Shown here piece after piece: positions 1-7,839 of a DNA stretch of 51,313 nucleotides (positions within the stretch are counted from its first letter, which is position 1; each line of letters starts with the position of its first letter). Made by a program: the position numbers and the translations under genes. Source of the stretch: Clostridia bacterium (GTDB lineage Bacteria; Bacillota; Clostridia; UMGS1883; UMGS1540); NCBI GenBank assembly GCA_045592225.1, contig JAZNUH010000007.1, forward strand, positions 1-51,313, given 5' to 3'. A model generated the notes under the pieces. The model had not been told where the DNA came from and searched no databases. It worked only from the letters and a program-made list of their open reading frames with translations.

Positions 1-57
1 AAATAAGTGTGCAAATTTGTCTTGACAAAAGTGCACAAAAGAAAGCGAGGAAACAAA

Positions 58-3000
58 ATGATTAAAAAGTTAGTGGCAGTTTTAGCGGCTTGCATAATGC
101 TGTTTGGCACAGTAACAGTTATGGCTGCTAAAACAGGAGACGTTGTTTTTAACGGCGACTTCGAACTTGGCAGTCTTAGTTGGTCTATGCCTCCCGAAGC
201 ATGTATCGTTTCTGACCAGCATGCATATGATGGCAATTCAATCAGAATAAGATCAACAGGTAATGCATTTGCACACCAGTATATTGACCTTATTGAAGGT
301 GAAGAGTATGAGGTTGTGCTTATGGCAAAAGCATTCGATAATGGCGGTGCTATTGTTAAATTTGAAATGTACCAGGGAAATAACTGGGCAGCAGCTGACG
401 GTACAAACTGGGAAATTACTTCTCAGTGGGGAGAGTACAGCTATAAGTTCACTGTTCCCGCCGGTATTAACAGAGCACAGATGCTTATAAGACTTATCGG
501 CGGTGGTACAGTATATTACGATAATGTAAGAGTTATCGGTGCACTGTCATCCAGACTTGAAAGCGGCACACGCGACAGAGATGCTGAAGCCAATGAAGTG
601 TTCAAGGATGAAAGAGCAAAGTATGCTAAAGCAGAAGATGCTTACGGCAAAAACTTTGTTTATAACGGCGGATTTGAACTGGTTGACACAAACAGCAATC
701 CCGAAGCTATAGAATTTTCCGGCGAATGGGGTGGAAGCGTATCTAAACTGACAGAAAAGCCCCACGGCGGAAACATAGCTCTTCAGCTTACAAGTAATTC
801 CAATGCTCCTGTAAGTGCAACACTGCATTCTGATAAGATTGTTGGTGGCTTCCCTTATCAGCTTAATTTCTTCTATAAGGGTGAAAACACATCCAAGGAT
901 CTTCCCTTCGGATTTGTATTTGAAGGATATACCACAGATAATGCAGATGAGGCAGCAAAACTGTTTACAGCACACACATATGATCTTCCTGCTGTAAGTG
1001 CGTGGACACATGTTACATATAACTTTAATGTTCCCGCAACATGCAGATACATCACATTTTCTCCAGTTGTATATGCTAAAAATGCAACAATGCATGTTGA
1101 TGACATTTCCTTCTATATGACACAGGCACCTGAACTGTTCGAATATGACACAGATCAGATATTCTATTACAGCCATCTTAAGACAGGTATGGCAAAGGTT
1201 ATACTTAAGGATGTATTTGACAACAAAGGCTATACAGCAGACTTTAATCTTTATGACGGAGATAAAGTTATTGTAAGCGCAAAGAATGTAGCTGTCAATG
1301 AAGATAAAGAAGCTAACTGGCTGTTTGACTTAGGTTGGCTTTCTGAAAAAGAAAAAGCATACGTTCTCAAAATGGAAGCAAAGAATGAAAAGGGTGAAGT
1401 TATCAGCAGCTATAGCCAGAACGTTTATAAGTATGACAAACCTGAAGCTATGACAGATAACGGTACATTTGTAGTTGACGGTAAGCCCTACTATCCTGCA
1501 ATTATATACCATGTAGATACAGCTGATAAAATGGAAACAGCTCCCCAGATAGGACTGAACCTTGTACAGGCGGTATATAACGGTTCTGACGGAATTCCCG
1601 GATGGATTCAGATGCTTGATGATTATCACGCAAGAGGATTCAAGTGTGCGATTGTATGTTATTGGGGCATGAAGCACGCAGGTGACCCTGTAAACGTAAA
1701 ACGTGTTTCTGAATTTATCGAGGCAATCAAAGACCATCCTGCAGTATTCTGTTATATGACAATGGACGAACCTATGGGACATTATCCTGATAATGAAGAC
1801 ACTAAAAAGATAATGGAAACAGCTTACACAATGATAAGAAGCATTGACCCCGTTCATCCTATTTATTCATGTGAATCTTCAATCGACCATTATAAAATGG
1901 CATTCAAGTATAATGACGTAGTAGGTATTGACCCCTATCCCGGTTCAGGTAAACCCTTCGAAACACACGTTGCAGATGCAACTGTTATTGCTGAAAATCA
2001 TTCTGACAAGTTTGATAAGGGTATAATCCAGATTCTGCAGACATTCACATATGGTAAGAGACCTTCCGAAACAAATCTGCATTCTATGATGTACCAGTCA
2101 CTCATGGGTGGTGCTGATGCAAATGGTATCTATCCCTGGGTAATGGATAATGCAGAACTTGACGGATATGCACTTCCCGATACAGTATGGTATGGCGTAT
2201 TCGAAGACTTTATGGCAAACGAATATGACGTTACTTGGAAGCACTACGGCAAGACAGGTCAGACAGAATGGTTCTACACAACCAAAGAAAATGACTACTG
2301 GATTGATATGTGGGTTGACGGTAAGGACGTTTACGCAGCAGTTCTCAACCGCCTTGCAGAAGACCAGGTAATAAGCGTTCCCACAACAAGCCAGAACGGA
2401 CTTGTTACACTTGAAAATTATGAAGTAACACCTGCAGACAGCGCACTGACAGCTCCCATTGAAAAGAAAGAAAACAGCATTGATATTACAATGCCTGCAA
2501 GTGCAGCACTTCTCTTTAAGATTACATCCGGCACTGACCTTAGCAAAGTAAGCGAATTCGGTGACCTTGCAACATATGACTGGGCAGCAGAAGCAATTAA
2601 TGCAATGTTCGGCGCAGGCATCGCTAACGACAAGGGTGAATATGTATACGAACCCGGCACACCCATTACAAGAGGCGACTTTGCTATGTACCTTGTAAAT
2701 GCTCTTGGAATTGACGAAAAGGTTGTATTTACCGACAACTTCAAGGATGTTCCTGCTACAGCTGAATACGCAGCAGCAATTGCAGCAGGTAAGAAGGCAG
2801 GTATCTTAAACGGCGTTGGCAACAACTACTACAGCCCTGAACTGCCTATTACAAGACAGGATCTGCTTGTAATCTGTGCACGTGGTATGAGATATATAAA
2901 GAACCTTGCAGAGGCTGACGCAAGCGTTCTGGAATCCTTCTCGGATAAGGCTCTCCTTGCTGACTATGCAGCAGCTGATGTTGCGGCAATGGTTAATGCA

Positions 3001-3105
3001 GGTATTGTTAAGGGTAACGCTGACGGTACAGTTAATCCCCTTGGAAACACAACAAGAGCAGAAGCAGCAATCATTATGAGCAGAATAGTTGAATGGAGTA
3101 AATAA
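58..3105 (+). CDS. Secreted, SLH-anchored glycoside-hydrolase-like surface protein (signal peptide, two CBM-like modules, clan GH-A-like TIM-barrel region, three C-terminal SLH repeats)
   Basis: ORF 7..3105. The ATG at 58 follows a GAGGAAA RBS and opens a signal-like segment, MIKKLVAVLAACIMLFGTVTVMA. Two NGDFE/NGGFE...YYDNV-type beta-sandwich modules are present, plus a MTMDEP acid/base-like motif. The last ~190 aa hold three SLH-like repeats (FGDLATYDWAAEAINAM.., FKDVPATAEYAAAI.., FSDKALLADYAAADVAAMV..). Confidence 0.75.
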   Translation: MIKKLVAVLAACIMLFGTVTVMAAKTGDVVFNGDFELGSLSWSMPPEACIVSDQHAYDGNSIRIRSTGNAFAHQYIDLIEGEEYEVVLMAKAFDNGGAIVKFEMYQGNNWAAADGTNWEITSQWGEYSYKFTVPAGINRAQMLIRLIGGGTVYYDNVRVIGALSSRLESGTRDRDAEANEVFKDERAKYAKAEDAYGKNFVYNGGFELVDTNSNPEAIEFSGEWGGSVSKLTEKPHGGNIALQLTSNSNAPVSATLHSDKIVGGFPYQLNFFYKGENTSKDLPFGFVFEGYTTDNADEAAKLFTAHTYDLPAVSAWTHVTYNFNVPATCRYITFSPVVYAKNATMHVDDISFYMTQAPELFEYDTDQIFYYSHLKTGMAKVILKDVFDNKGYTADFNLYDGDKVIVSAKNVAVNEDKEANWLFDLGWLSEKEKAYVLKMEAKNEKGEVISSYSQNVYKYDKPEAMTDNGTFVVDGKPYYPAIIYHVDTADKMETAPQIGLNLVQAVYNGSDGIPGWIQMLDDYHARGFKCAIVCYWGMKHAGDPVNVKRVSEFIEAIKDHPAVFCYMTMDEPMGHYPDNEDTKKIMETAYTMIRSIDPVHPIYSCESSIDHYKMAFKYNDVVGIDPYPGSGKPFETHVADATVIAENHSDKFDKGIIQILQTFTYGKRPSETNLHSMMYQSLMGGADANGIYPWVMDNAELDGYALPDTVWYGVFEDFMANEYDVTWKHYGKTGQTEWFYTTKENDYWIDMWVDGKDVYAAVLNRLAEDQVISVPTTSQNGLVTLENYEVTPADSALTAPIEKKENSIDITMPASAALLFKITSGTDLSKVSEFGDLATYDWAAEAINAMFGAGIANDKGEYVYEPGTPITRGDFAMYLVNALGIDEKVVFTDNFKDVPATAEYAAAIAAGKKAGILNGVGNNYYSPELPITRQDLLVICARGMRYIKNLAEADASVLESFSDKALLADYAAADVAAMVNAGIVKGNADGTVNPLGNTTRAEAAIIMSRIVEWSK

Positions 3106-3117
3106 TTCTGTTTTTAC

Positions 3118-3155
3118 AGACCCCCGACAGTATTTGTGGGGGATCTACTTTTTTT
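3118..3155 (+). terminator. Intrinsic terminator after the SLH glycosidase-like gene
   Basis: CCCCC (3121-3125) pairs with GGGGG (3138-3142), followed by a T-run at 3149-3155. Confidence 0.6.
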
Positions 3156-3175
3156 GATATAAAACAACAAATAAA

Positions 3176-3204
3176 TTGACATCCTTTTTGTCTGGTGTTA
3201 TACT
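3176..3204 (+). promoter_or_regulatory. Sigma-A-type promoter for iorAB
   Basis: TTGACA (3176-3181), 17-nt spacer, TATACT (3199-3204). Confidence 0.55.
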
Positions 3205-3261
3205 TATATAGTTAGGATACTGACTTTAAATTATATATAAAAGATAAGGGTGAGTTTATTT

Positions 3262-4992
3262 ATGAAAAAATTAATGCTGGGTAACGAAGCAGTTGCCCGC
3301 GGCGCCTTTGAAGCAGGTGTAAAGGTTTTTGCATCCTATCCCGGTACCCCCAGTACCGAGATTACAGAGTTTGCCGCAAAATACGAAGAAATGTATGCTG
3401 AATGGGCTCCTAATGAAAAGGTGGCACTCGAGGTTGCAATCGGCTCAAGTATTGAGGGCGCAAGAAGTGTTTCGTGTATGAAGCATGTAGGTCTTAACGT
3501 TGCAGCTGACCCGCTTTATACTGTGTCATACACAGGCGTAAACGGCGGACTTGTAATATGTGTAGCCGATGACCCCGGTATGCACAGTTCGCAGAACGAG
3601 CAGGACAGTCGCCATCACGCAATGGCATCCAAAACAGTTATGCTCGAACCTGCTGACAGCGCAGAATGCAAGGAGTTTACAAAACGTGCCTTTGAACTCA
3701 GCGAAAAGTACGACACTCCTGTTATTTTAAGACTTACAACCAGAGTTGCTCATTCACAGAGTATGGTTGAACTTTGCGACAGAGTTGAAATCCCAAATAA
3801 GGAATATAAAAAGGACGCAATGAAATACGTTATGATGCCTGCAATGGCAAGGGGAAGACACGTTTTCGTTGAGGACAGAATAAACAAGCTTGTAGAGCTT
3901 GCTGAAACAGATGAATTCAATAAGATTGAATATGGCGACAAGAGTATTGGTATTATTACATCGGGTATTTCATATCAGTACGCAAAGGAAGCAATGCCCG
4001 AAGTAAGCTTTTTAAAGCTGGGTATGGTTTATCCTCTGCCCATAGAAAAAATAAAAGAATTTGCCAAAAATGTTGACAAGCTCTATGTTGTTGAAGAACT
4101 TGACCCCATCTTTGAAACACATATAAAATCACTTGGTATTGAAGTTATCGGTAAAGATGTTTTGCCTATGGTTGGCGAATATTCATCCGATATAGTTGCG
4201 CAGAAGGTAGGGGGCAAGGCACACAAGGAAATAATTACTGCTGATGAACCTATTTCAGGCAGACCTCCTGTGCTTTGTGCAGGCTGTCCTCACCGTGGAA
4301 TGCACTATGTTCTTAAAAAACTCGGTCTTCGCGTTTCAGGTGACATAGGCTGTTATACTCTCGGTGCTCTTGCACCTCTGCAGAGCATTGACGCCTGTGT
4401 ATGTATGGGCGCAAGCGTAAGTATGGCTCACGGTATGGAAATGGCAGGCGGAAGAGATGTTGCAGGTAAAACAGTTGCAATCATTGGTGACTCCACATTT
4501 ATGCATTCCGGTATGACAGGTCTTGTTGACATTGTATATAATAAGGGTACATCCACCGTTATTATACTTGATAACTCGATTACAGGTATGACAGGACATC
4601 AGGATAACCCCACAACAGGTAAGACTCTCAAGGGTGAAGCAACGCGTCAGGTTGACCTTGTTGCCCTTTGTAAGGCACTTGGTGTTGAACGCGTAACTGT
4701 TGCCGACCCATTTGATGTAGATAACTTTGAAAAGGTAGTTAAAACTGAAATTGCAACAGACGAACCCTCTGTTATAATTGCACAGAGACCTTGTGCACTC
4801 TTAAAGACTGTTAAATACACAGGCAAAATTAAGATAAACGAGGACAAGTGCAAAAAGTGTAAAATGTGTATGAAGATAGGATGCCCCGCTCTAAGCTTTA
4901 AGGACGGCGTTATTGTTGACACAACACAGTGTAACGGATGCGGACTTTGCATGAACGTATGTAAATTTGGTGCTATGGAGAAGGAGGAGTAA
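3262..4992 (+). CDS. iorA: Indolepyruvate:ferredoxin oxidoreductase, alpha subunit
   Basis: The N-terminus MKKLMLGNEAVARGAFEAGV..SYPGTPSTEI is typical of IorA. A TPP-binding region (GDSTFMHSG) and two C-terminal 4Fe-4S Cys clusters (CKKCKMCMKIGCP, CNGCGLCMNVC) are present. The ATG at 3262 has an AAGGGTGA RBS; the GTG at 3250 lies inside that RBS. Confidence 0.9.
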   Translation: MKKLMLGNEAVARGAFEAGVKVFASYPGTPSTEITEFAAKYEEMYAEWAPNEKVALEVAIGSSIEGARSVSCMKHVGLNVAADPLYTVSYTGVNGGLVICVADDPGMHSSQNEQDSRHHAMASKTVMLEPADSAECKEFTKRAFELSEKYDTPVILRLTTRVAHSQSMVELCDRVEIPNKEYKKDAMKYVMMPAMARGRHVFVEDRINKLVELAETDEFNKIEYGDKSIGIITSGISYQYAKEAMPEVSFLKLGMVYPLPIEKIKEFAKNVDKLYVVEELDPIFETHIKSLGIEVIGKDVLPMVGEYSSDIVAQKVGGKAHKEIITADEPISGRPPVLCAGCPHRGMHYVLKKLGLRVSGDIGCYTLGALAPLQSIDACVCMGASVSMAHGMEMAGGRDVAGKTVAIIGDSTFMHSGMTGLVDIVYNKGTSTVIILDNSITGMTGHQDNPTTGKTLKGEATRQVDLVALCKALGVERVTVADPFDVDNFEKVVKTEIATDEPSVIIAQRPCALLKTVKYTGKIKINEDKCKKCKMCMKIGCPALSFKDGVIVDTTQCNGCGLCMNVCKFGAMEKEE

Positions 4993-4994
4993 AA

Positions 4995-5567
4995 ATGACT
5001 ACTAATATTTTAATTGCAGGTGTAGGCGGTCAGGGAACACTCCTTGCCAGCAGAATTATAGGTAACGTTGCAACTGATTTAGGCTATGAAGTAAAGGTTT
5101 CGGAAGTACACGGTATGTCACAGCGCGGAGGTAGCGTTGTAACATACGTTAAGTACGGTGATAAGGTTCATTCTCCGATAATAGGGGAGGGTGATGCGGA
5201 TATTATCCTTGCATTTGAAGAACTCGAAGCCTACAGATACCTGCCTTACCTTAAAAAAGGCGGAAAGCTTTTGGTTAATACACAGAAAATGGATCCCTTA
5301 CCTGTTATTCTGGGTAATGCAACCTACCCTGAAAACATTGTAGAAAAGATTAAGGATAAGGGTGTTGATATAATTGCTATAGACGCACTTTCTCTTGCAC
5401 AGCAGGCAGGAAATGACAGAGCAGTAAATGTTGTTCTTCTGGGTGTTTTAGCAGCTAACACAGATATCAAAAAAGAGGTATTTGTAAACAGCGTTCACAA
5501 TACTGTACCTGCAAAGTTCCTGGATGTTAATCTTAAGGCATTTGACCTTGGTTATTCAGCGGTGTAA
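4995..5567 (+). CDS. iorB: Indolepyruvate:ferredoxin oxidoreductase, beta subunit
   Basis: 190 aa with GVGGQGTLLASRI and HGMSQRGGSV motifs of the 2-oxoacid:ferredoxin oxidoreductase gamma-type domain. It starts 3 nt after iorA, with a GGAGG RBS. Confidence 0.9.
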   Translation: MTTNILIAGVGGQGTLLASRIIGNVATDLGYEVKVSEVHGMSQRGGSVVTYVKYGDKVHSPIIGEGDADIILAFEELEAYRYLPYLKKGGKLLVNTQKMDPLPVILGNATYPENIVEKIKDKGVDIIAIDALSLAQQAGNDRAVNVVLLGVLAANTDIKKEVFVNSVHNTVPAKFLDVNLKAFDLGYSAV

Positions 5568-5579
5568 GGCGGTACGGAA

Positions 5580-6779
5580 ATGGAAAACATATTACAAAAG
5601 CAGTTTGAAATTATAGACGGTATTGCTCTTAAAAATCAGGAAAAGGTATTGAATGCCTTTCGTGAATTTAAGGTAAGCGAGGCGCATTTTGCACCCACAT
5701 CGGGATATGGATATGATGATTTGGGAAGAGATACTCTGGATAAGATTTACGCGTCTGTATTTGGCAGTGAAGCCGCTCTTGTAAGGCACAACTTTGTGTC
5801 GGGTACACACGCGCTTACTGTAATGCTTTTCTCGGTTTTAAGACCGGGGGATACCCTGCTTGCAGCAACAGGCAAGCCTTATGACACTCTTGAAAATGTT
5901 ATAGGCATAAACAAAAAAAGCGGAACAACCCTTGCTGATTTCGGGGTATCTTATGCACAGGCAGACCTTAAAGAGGGCAGACCTGATTATGACGAGATAA
6001 AAAAACAGCTGAACAGTAAAAATGTAAAGGCTGTGCTTATACAGAGGTCCAAAGGCTATGATTGGCGTCCATCACTTTGTATGGAGGATATGGAAAAGCT
6101 TATTTCTTTCATAAAGAGTGAGAAACCCGATACCATTGTGCTTGTTGACAACTGCTACGGAGAATTTGTAGAGGAGATAGAGCCTACTGCCGTAGGTGCT
6201 GATCTTATGGCGGGTTCACTTATAAAAAATCCGGGAGGCGGTCTGGCACAGACAGGCGGTTATATAGCGGGAAAGGAAGAATATGTGCGCCTTGCGGCAG
6301 ATTTTCTTACTGCACCGGGAATAGGTCTTGAATGTGGCGCAAATCTCGGCACAGTAAAGGCTATGTATCAGGGCTTTTTTATGGCACCCCATACTGTAGC
6401 CTGTGCAGTTAAAACAGCGGTATTCTGTGCTGCAGAGATGCAAAAGCTCGGCTATGAGGTTTCGCCTTTACCTGAAGATAAAAGGACAGACATAATTCAG
6501 GCGGTAAAGCTTGGAAATGCCGATAAGGTTATTAAATTCTGTCAGGGGATACAGGCGGCATCGCCGGTTGATTCCTTTGTAACTCCAACACCATGGGATA
6601 TGCCGGGATACACCTCGCAGGTTATTATGGCAGCAGGTACATTTACTTCAGGCGCATCAATAGAAATAAGTGCAGATGCTCCCATTCGCGAACCCTATGT
6701 AGTATATCTGCAGGGTGGACTTACTTATGAAGCAGGAAAGCTCGCGGTAATGTCTGCAATAAAAAGCATTGAAAAATAA
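5580..6779 (+). CDS. Methionine gamma-lyase family / aluminium-resistance (YnbB-like) PLP-dependent protein
   Basis: 399 aa with the conserved family N-terminus (..AFREFKVSEAHFAPTSGYGYDDLGRDTLDKIYA..) and SLIKNPGGG motif. It starts 12 nt after iorB. Confidence 0.75.
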   Translation: MENILQKQFEIIDGIALKNQEKVLNAFREFKVSEAHFAPTSGYGYDDLGRDTLDKIYASVFGSEAALVRHNFVSGTHALTVMLFSVLRPGDTLLAATGKPYDTLENVIGINKKSGTTLADFGVSYAQADLKEGRPDYDEIKKQLNSKNVKAVLIQRSKGYDWRPSLCMEDMEKLISFIKSEKPDTIVLVDNCYGEFVEEIEPTAVGADLMAGSLIKNPGGGLAQTGGYIAGKEEYVRLAADFLTAPGIGLECGANLGTVKAMYQGFFMAPHTVACAVKTAVFCAAEMQKLGYEVSPLPEDKRTDIIQAVKLGNADKVIKFCQGIQAASPVDSFVTPTPWDMPGYTSQVIMAAGTFTSGASIEISADAPIREPYVVYLQGGLTYEAGKLAVMSAIKSIEK

Positions 6780-6795
6780 GTTATGTAAATTAAAA

Positions 6796-6825
6796 AGAGT
6801 AGCCTGTGAATGGCTGCTCTTTTTG
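6796..6825 (+). terminator. Intrinsic terminator ending the iorAB-ynbB-like operon
   Basis: AGAGTAGCC / GGCTGCTCT stem (one G-T wobble) followed by TTTTT. Confidence 0.65.
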
Positions 6826-6860
6826 TAAATAAAAAGTAATATAATTTTGGGAAAAATATA

Positions 6861-6889
6861 TTGACATTAGGGATAGAAGGTGCTATAAT
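6861..6889 (+). promoter_or_regulatory. Perfect-consensus sigma-A promoter with no downstream CDS
   Basis: TTGACA (6861-6866), 17-nt spacer, TATAAT (6884-6889). Confidence 0.65.
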
Positions 6890-6895
6890 CTGCCT

Positions 6896-7062
6896 GTACA
6901 ATTAAGTGGTCAGACTGATTAATTGTACACGGAGTAGCATCCCCTACCTAAAAAAAACACGGCGACAGTTGTTATCATGTTGCTGCTCCACGTAAAACAC
7001 CTTTTGCAACTGTCGCTTGGTTTGAAAATTTTAATCCACAGTGTTTACTGTGGATTTTTTTG
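6896..7062 (+). ncRNA. Candidate orphan small RNA (~165 nt), family unknown
   Basis: The unit is bounded by the consensus promoter and a strong terminator: AATCCACAGT-GTTT-ACTGTGGATT at 7033-7056 plus a T-run. It has an 11-bp 5' hairpin (TGTACAATTAA 6895-6905 / TTAATTGTACA 6919-6929) and a 10-bp stem (GCGACAGTTG 6962-6971 / CAACTGTCGC 7007-7016). No ORF preceded by an RBS fits inside the unit. Confidence 0.45.
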
Positions 7063-7097
7063 TTTATCAAAAAGATGGTGGTACCTTAATTAGTTGC

Positions 7098-7121
7098 AAA
7101 AAAAGAACGCAATTTGCGTTC
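7098..7121 (-). terminator. Intrinsic terminator (minus strand) at the distal end of the tRNA-Lys-adjacent GC-rich segment
   Basis: On the minus strand: GAACGCA-AAT-TGCGTTC followed by TTTTTTT (plus-strand A-run at 7098-7104). Confidence 0.6.
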
Positions 7122-7286
7122 ATGCACCATCGGGGACGACGCATATGCTCCGCATCTGCCTTGCTCGTCGACCCAAATGCTTTGCATTTCGGTACCCGAC
7201 TCACACCGCTCGCCTAAAAACAATTATTAATCGTCTTATTAACGGCTCGCGCCCTCTCAGGGTTCGAGTCCCCTTGAATAAACAAT
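7122..7286 (-). other. GC-rich non-coding segment bounded by tRNA-Lys-derived fragments (integration scar or unclassified structured RNA)
   Basis: 7123-7137 (TGCACCATCGGGGAC) is a 14/15 direct repeat of tRNA-Lys gene positions 7325-7339. 7260-7273 (GGGTTCGAGTCCCC) is a perfect inverted copy of 7334-7347. Every frame has stop codons or lacks an RBS. The segment is visibly more GC-rich than the flanking intergenic DNA. Confidence 0.3.
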
Positions 7287-7319
7287 AAAAAAACGAAACC
7301 ACAAAAATGCGATTTCGTT
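7287..7319 (-). terminator. Weak terminator-like hairpin just downstream of tRNA-Lys
   Basis: On the minus strand: AACGAAA, 14-nt loop, TTTCGTT, followed by a T-run. The stem is short and the loop large, so read-through is likely. Confidence 0.35.
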
Positions 7320-7321
7320 AT

Positions 7322-7397
7322 TGGTGCGCCATCGGGGACTCGAACCCAGGACCCACTGATTAAGAGTCAGTTGCTCTACCAACTGAGCTAATGGCGC
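7322..7397 (-). tRNA. tRNA-Lys (anticodon CUU)
   Basis: The reverse complement is GCGCCATTAGCTCAGTTGGTAGAGCAACTGACTCTTAATCAGTGGGTCCTGGGTTCGAGTCCCCGATGGCGCACCA. It folds as a cloverleaf with a 7-bp acceptor stem, anticodon loop CTCTTAA and encoded CCA. The T-stem has one U-C mismatch. Confidence 0.9.
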
Positions 7398-7417
7398 GTG
7401 TTTTCCTCACTTGCAAT

Positions 7418-7446
7418 ATGATAACACAAAAGGCCTTTAATGTCAA
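7418..7446 (-). promoter_or_regulatory. Sigma-A promoter for tRNA-Lys
   Basis: On the minus strand: TTGACA (7446-7441), 17-nt spacer, TATCAT (7423-7418), roughly 20 nt upstream of the tRNA 5' end. Confidence 0.6.
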
Positions 7447-7572
7447 GGATTTTTTGAAAATAATTTTAAAATTTTTCTCTTTTTTTAGTACATAACATAT
7501 TTTTTTATAATTTGTCCTTCTTTTGTAATTTTTGCTGACAAGCCTCCGTATATTAAAAAAGAGGTGATAGTT

Positions 7573-7839
7573 ATGGAAACTGTTCAGAGTGTAGCAATTT
7601 ACGTTTCAGGCTTGCTGCTGATACTTTTTATTGCACGTGTTTTGTCAAAACCACTGAAGGTAATGCTTCGGCTTGCAGTTAATACTCTTGTTGGCGGTAT
7701 AATACTTATACTGATGAACACATTAGGTGCATCGTGGGGTGTTTTAATGGGTGTTAATCCTGTAACCGCTGCAATAACAGGGATACTGGGTGTGCCGGGG
7801 TTAATACTTTTATTTGTATTAAAGCTTATTTTCTGCTGA
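7573..7839 (+). CDS. bofA: Pro-sigma-K processing inhibitor BofA family membrane protein
   Basis: About 88 aa with two hydrophobic segments and a Gly-rich C-terminal half (LAVNTLVGGIILILMNTLG..GVNPVTAAITGILGVPG) typical of BofA. The ATG at 7573 follows an AGAGGTG RBS. Confidence 0.7.
   Translation: METVQSVAIYVSGLLLILFIARVLSKPLKVMLRLAVNTLVGGIILILMNTLGASWGVLMGVNPVTAAITGILGVPGLILLFVLKLIFC

Noticed and set aside
547-1176. Long antisense or alternative-frame ORFs inside large genes (this one; also 1330..1857, 13808..14395, 28491..28946, 30585..31316, 35888..36346, 37367..37792, 46100..46552 and 47143..47592)
   Set aside because: Each is fully embedded in a gene with clear homology-type motifs on the other strand or in another frame. 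They are Cys/Phe/Ile-rich shadow ORFs without RBSs.
6977-7093. 38-aa hydrophobic ORF (MLLLHVKHLLQLSLGLKILIHSVYCGFFCLSKRWWYLN) resembling a type I toxin
   Set aside because: It has no Shine-Dalgarno sequence. The frame runs straight through the strong terminator hairpin at 7033-7062, so the stop codon would lie beyond the predicted transcript end.
7094-7288. 64-aa plus-strand ORF; also the idea that this region is a tmRNA, SRP RNA or hammerhead ribozyme
   Set aside because: The ORF has a TTG start, no RBS and an implausible Arg/Cys-rich composition. For tmRNA the segment is too short, with no tag reading frame and no proper acceptor pairing or CCA end. The AGCAAGGCAGATG stretch resembles the 3' side of SRP helix 8, but the GGAA tetraloop and 5' partner strand are missing. 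CUGAGAG...CGAAA does not satisfy the hammerhead core or stem II pairing.
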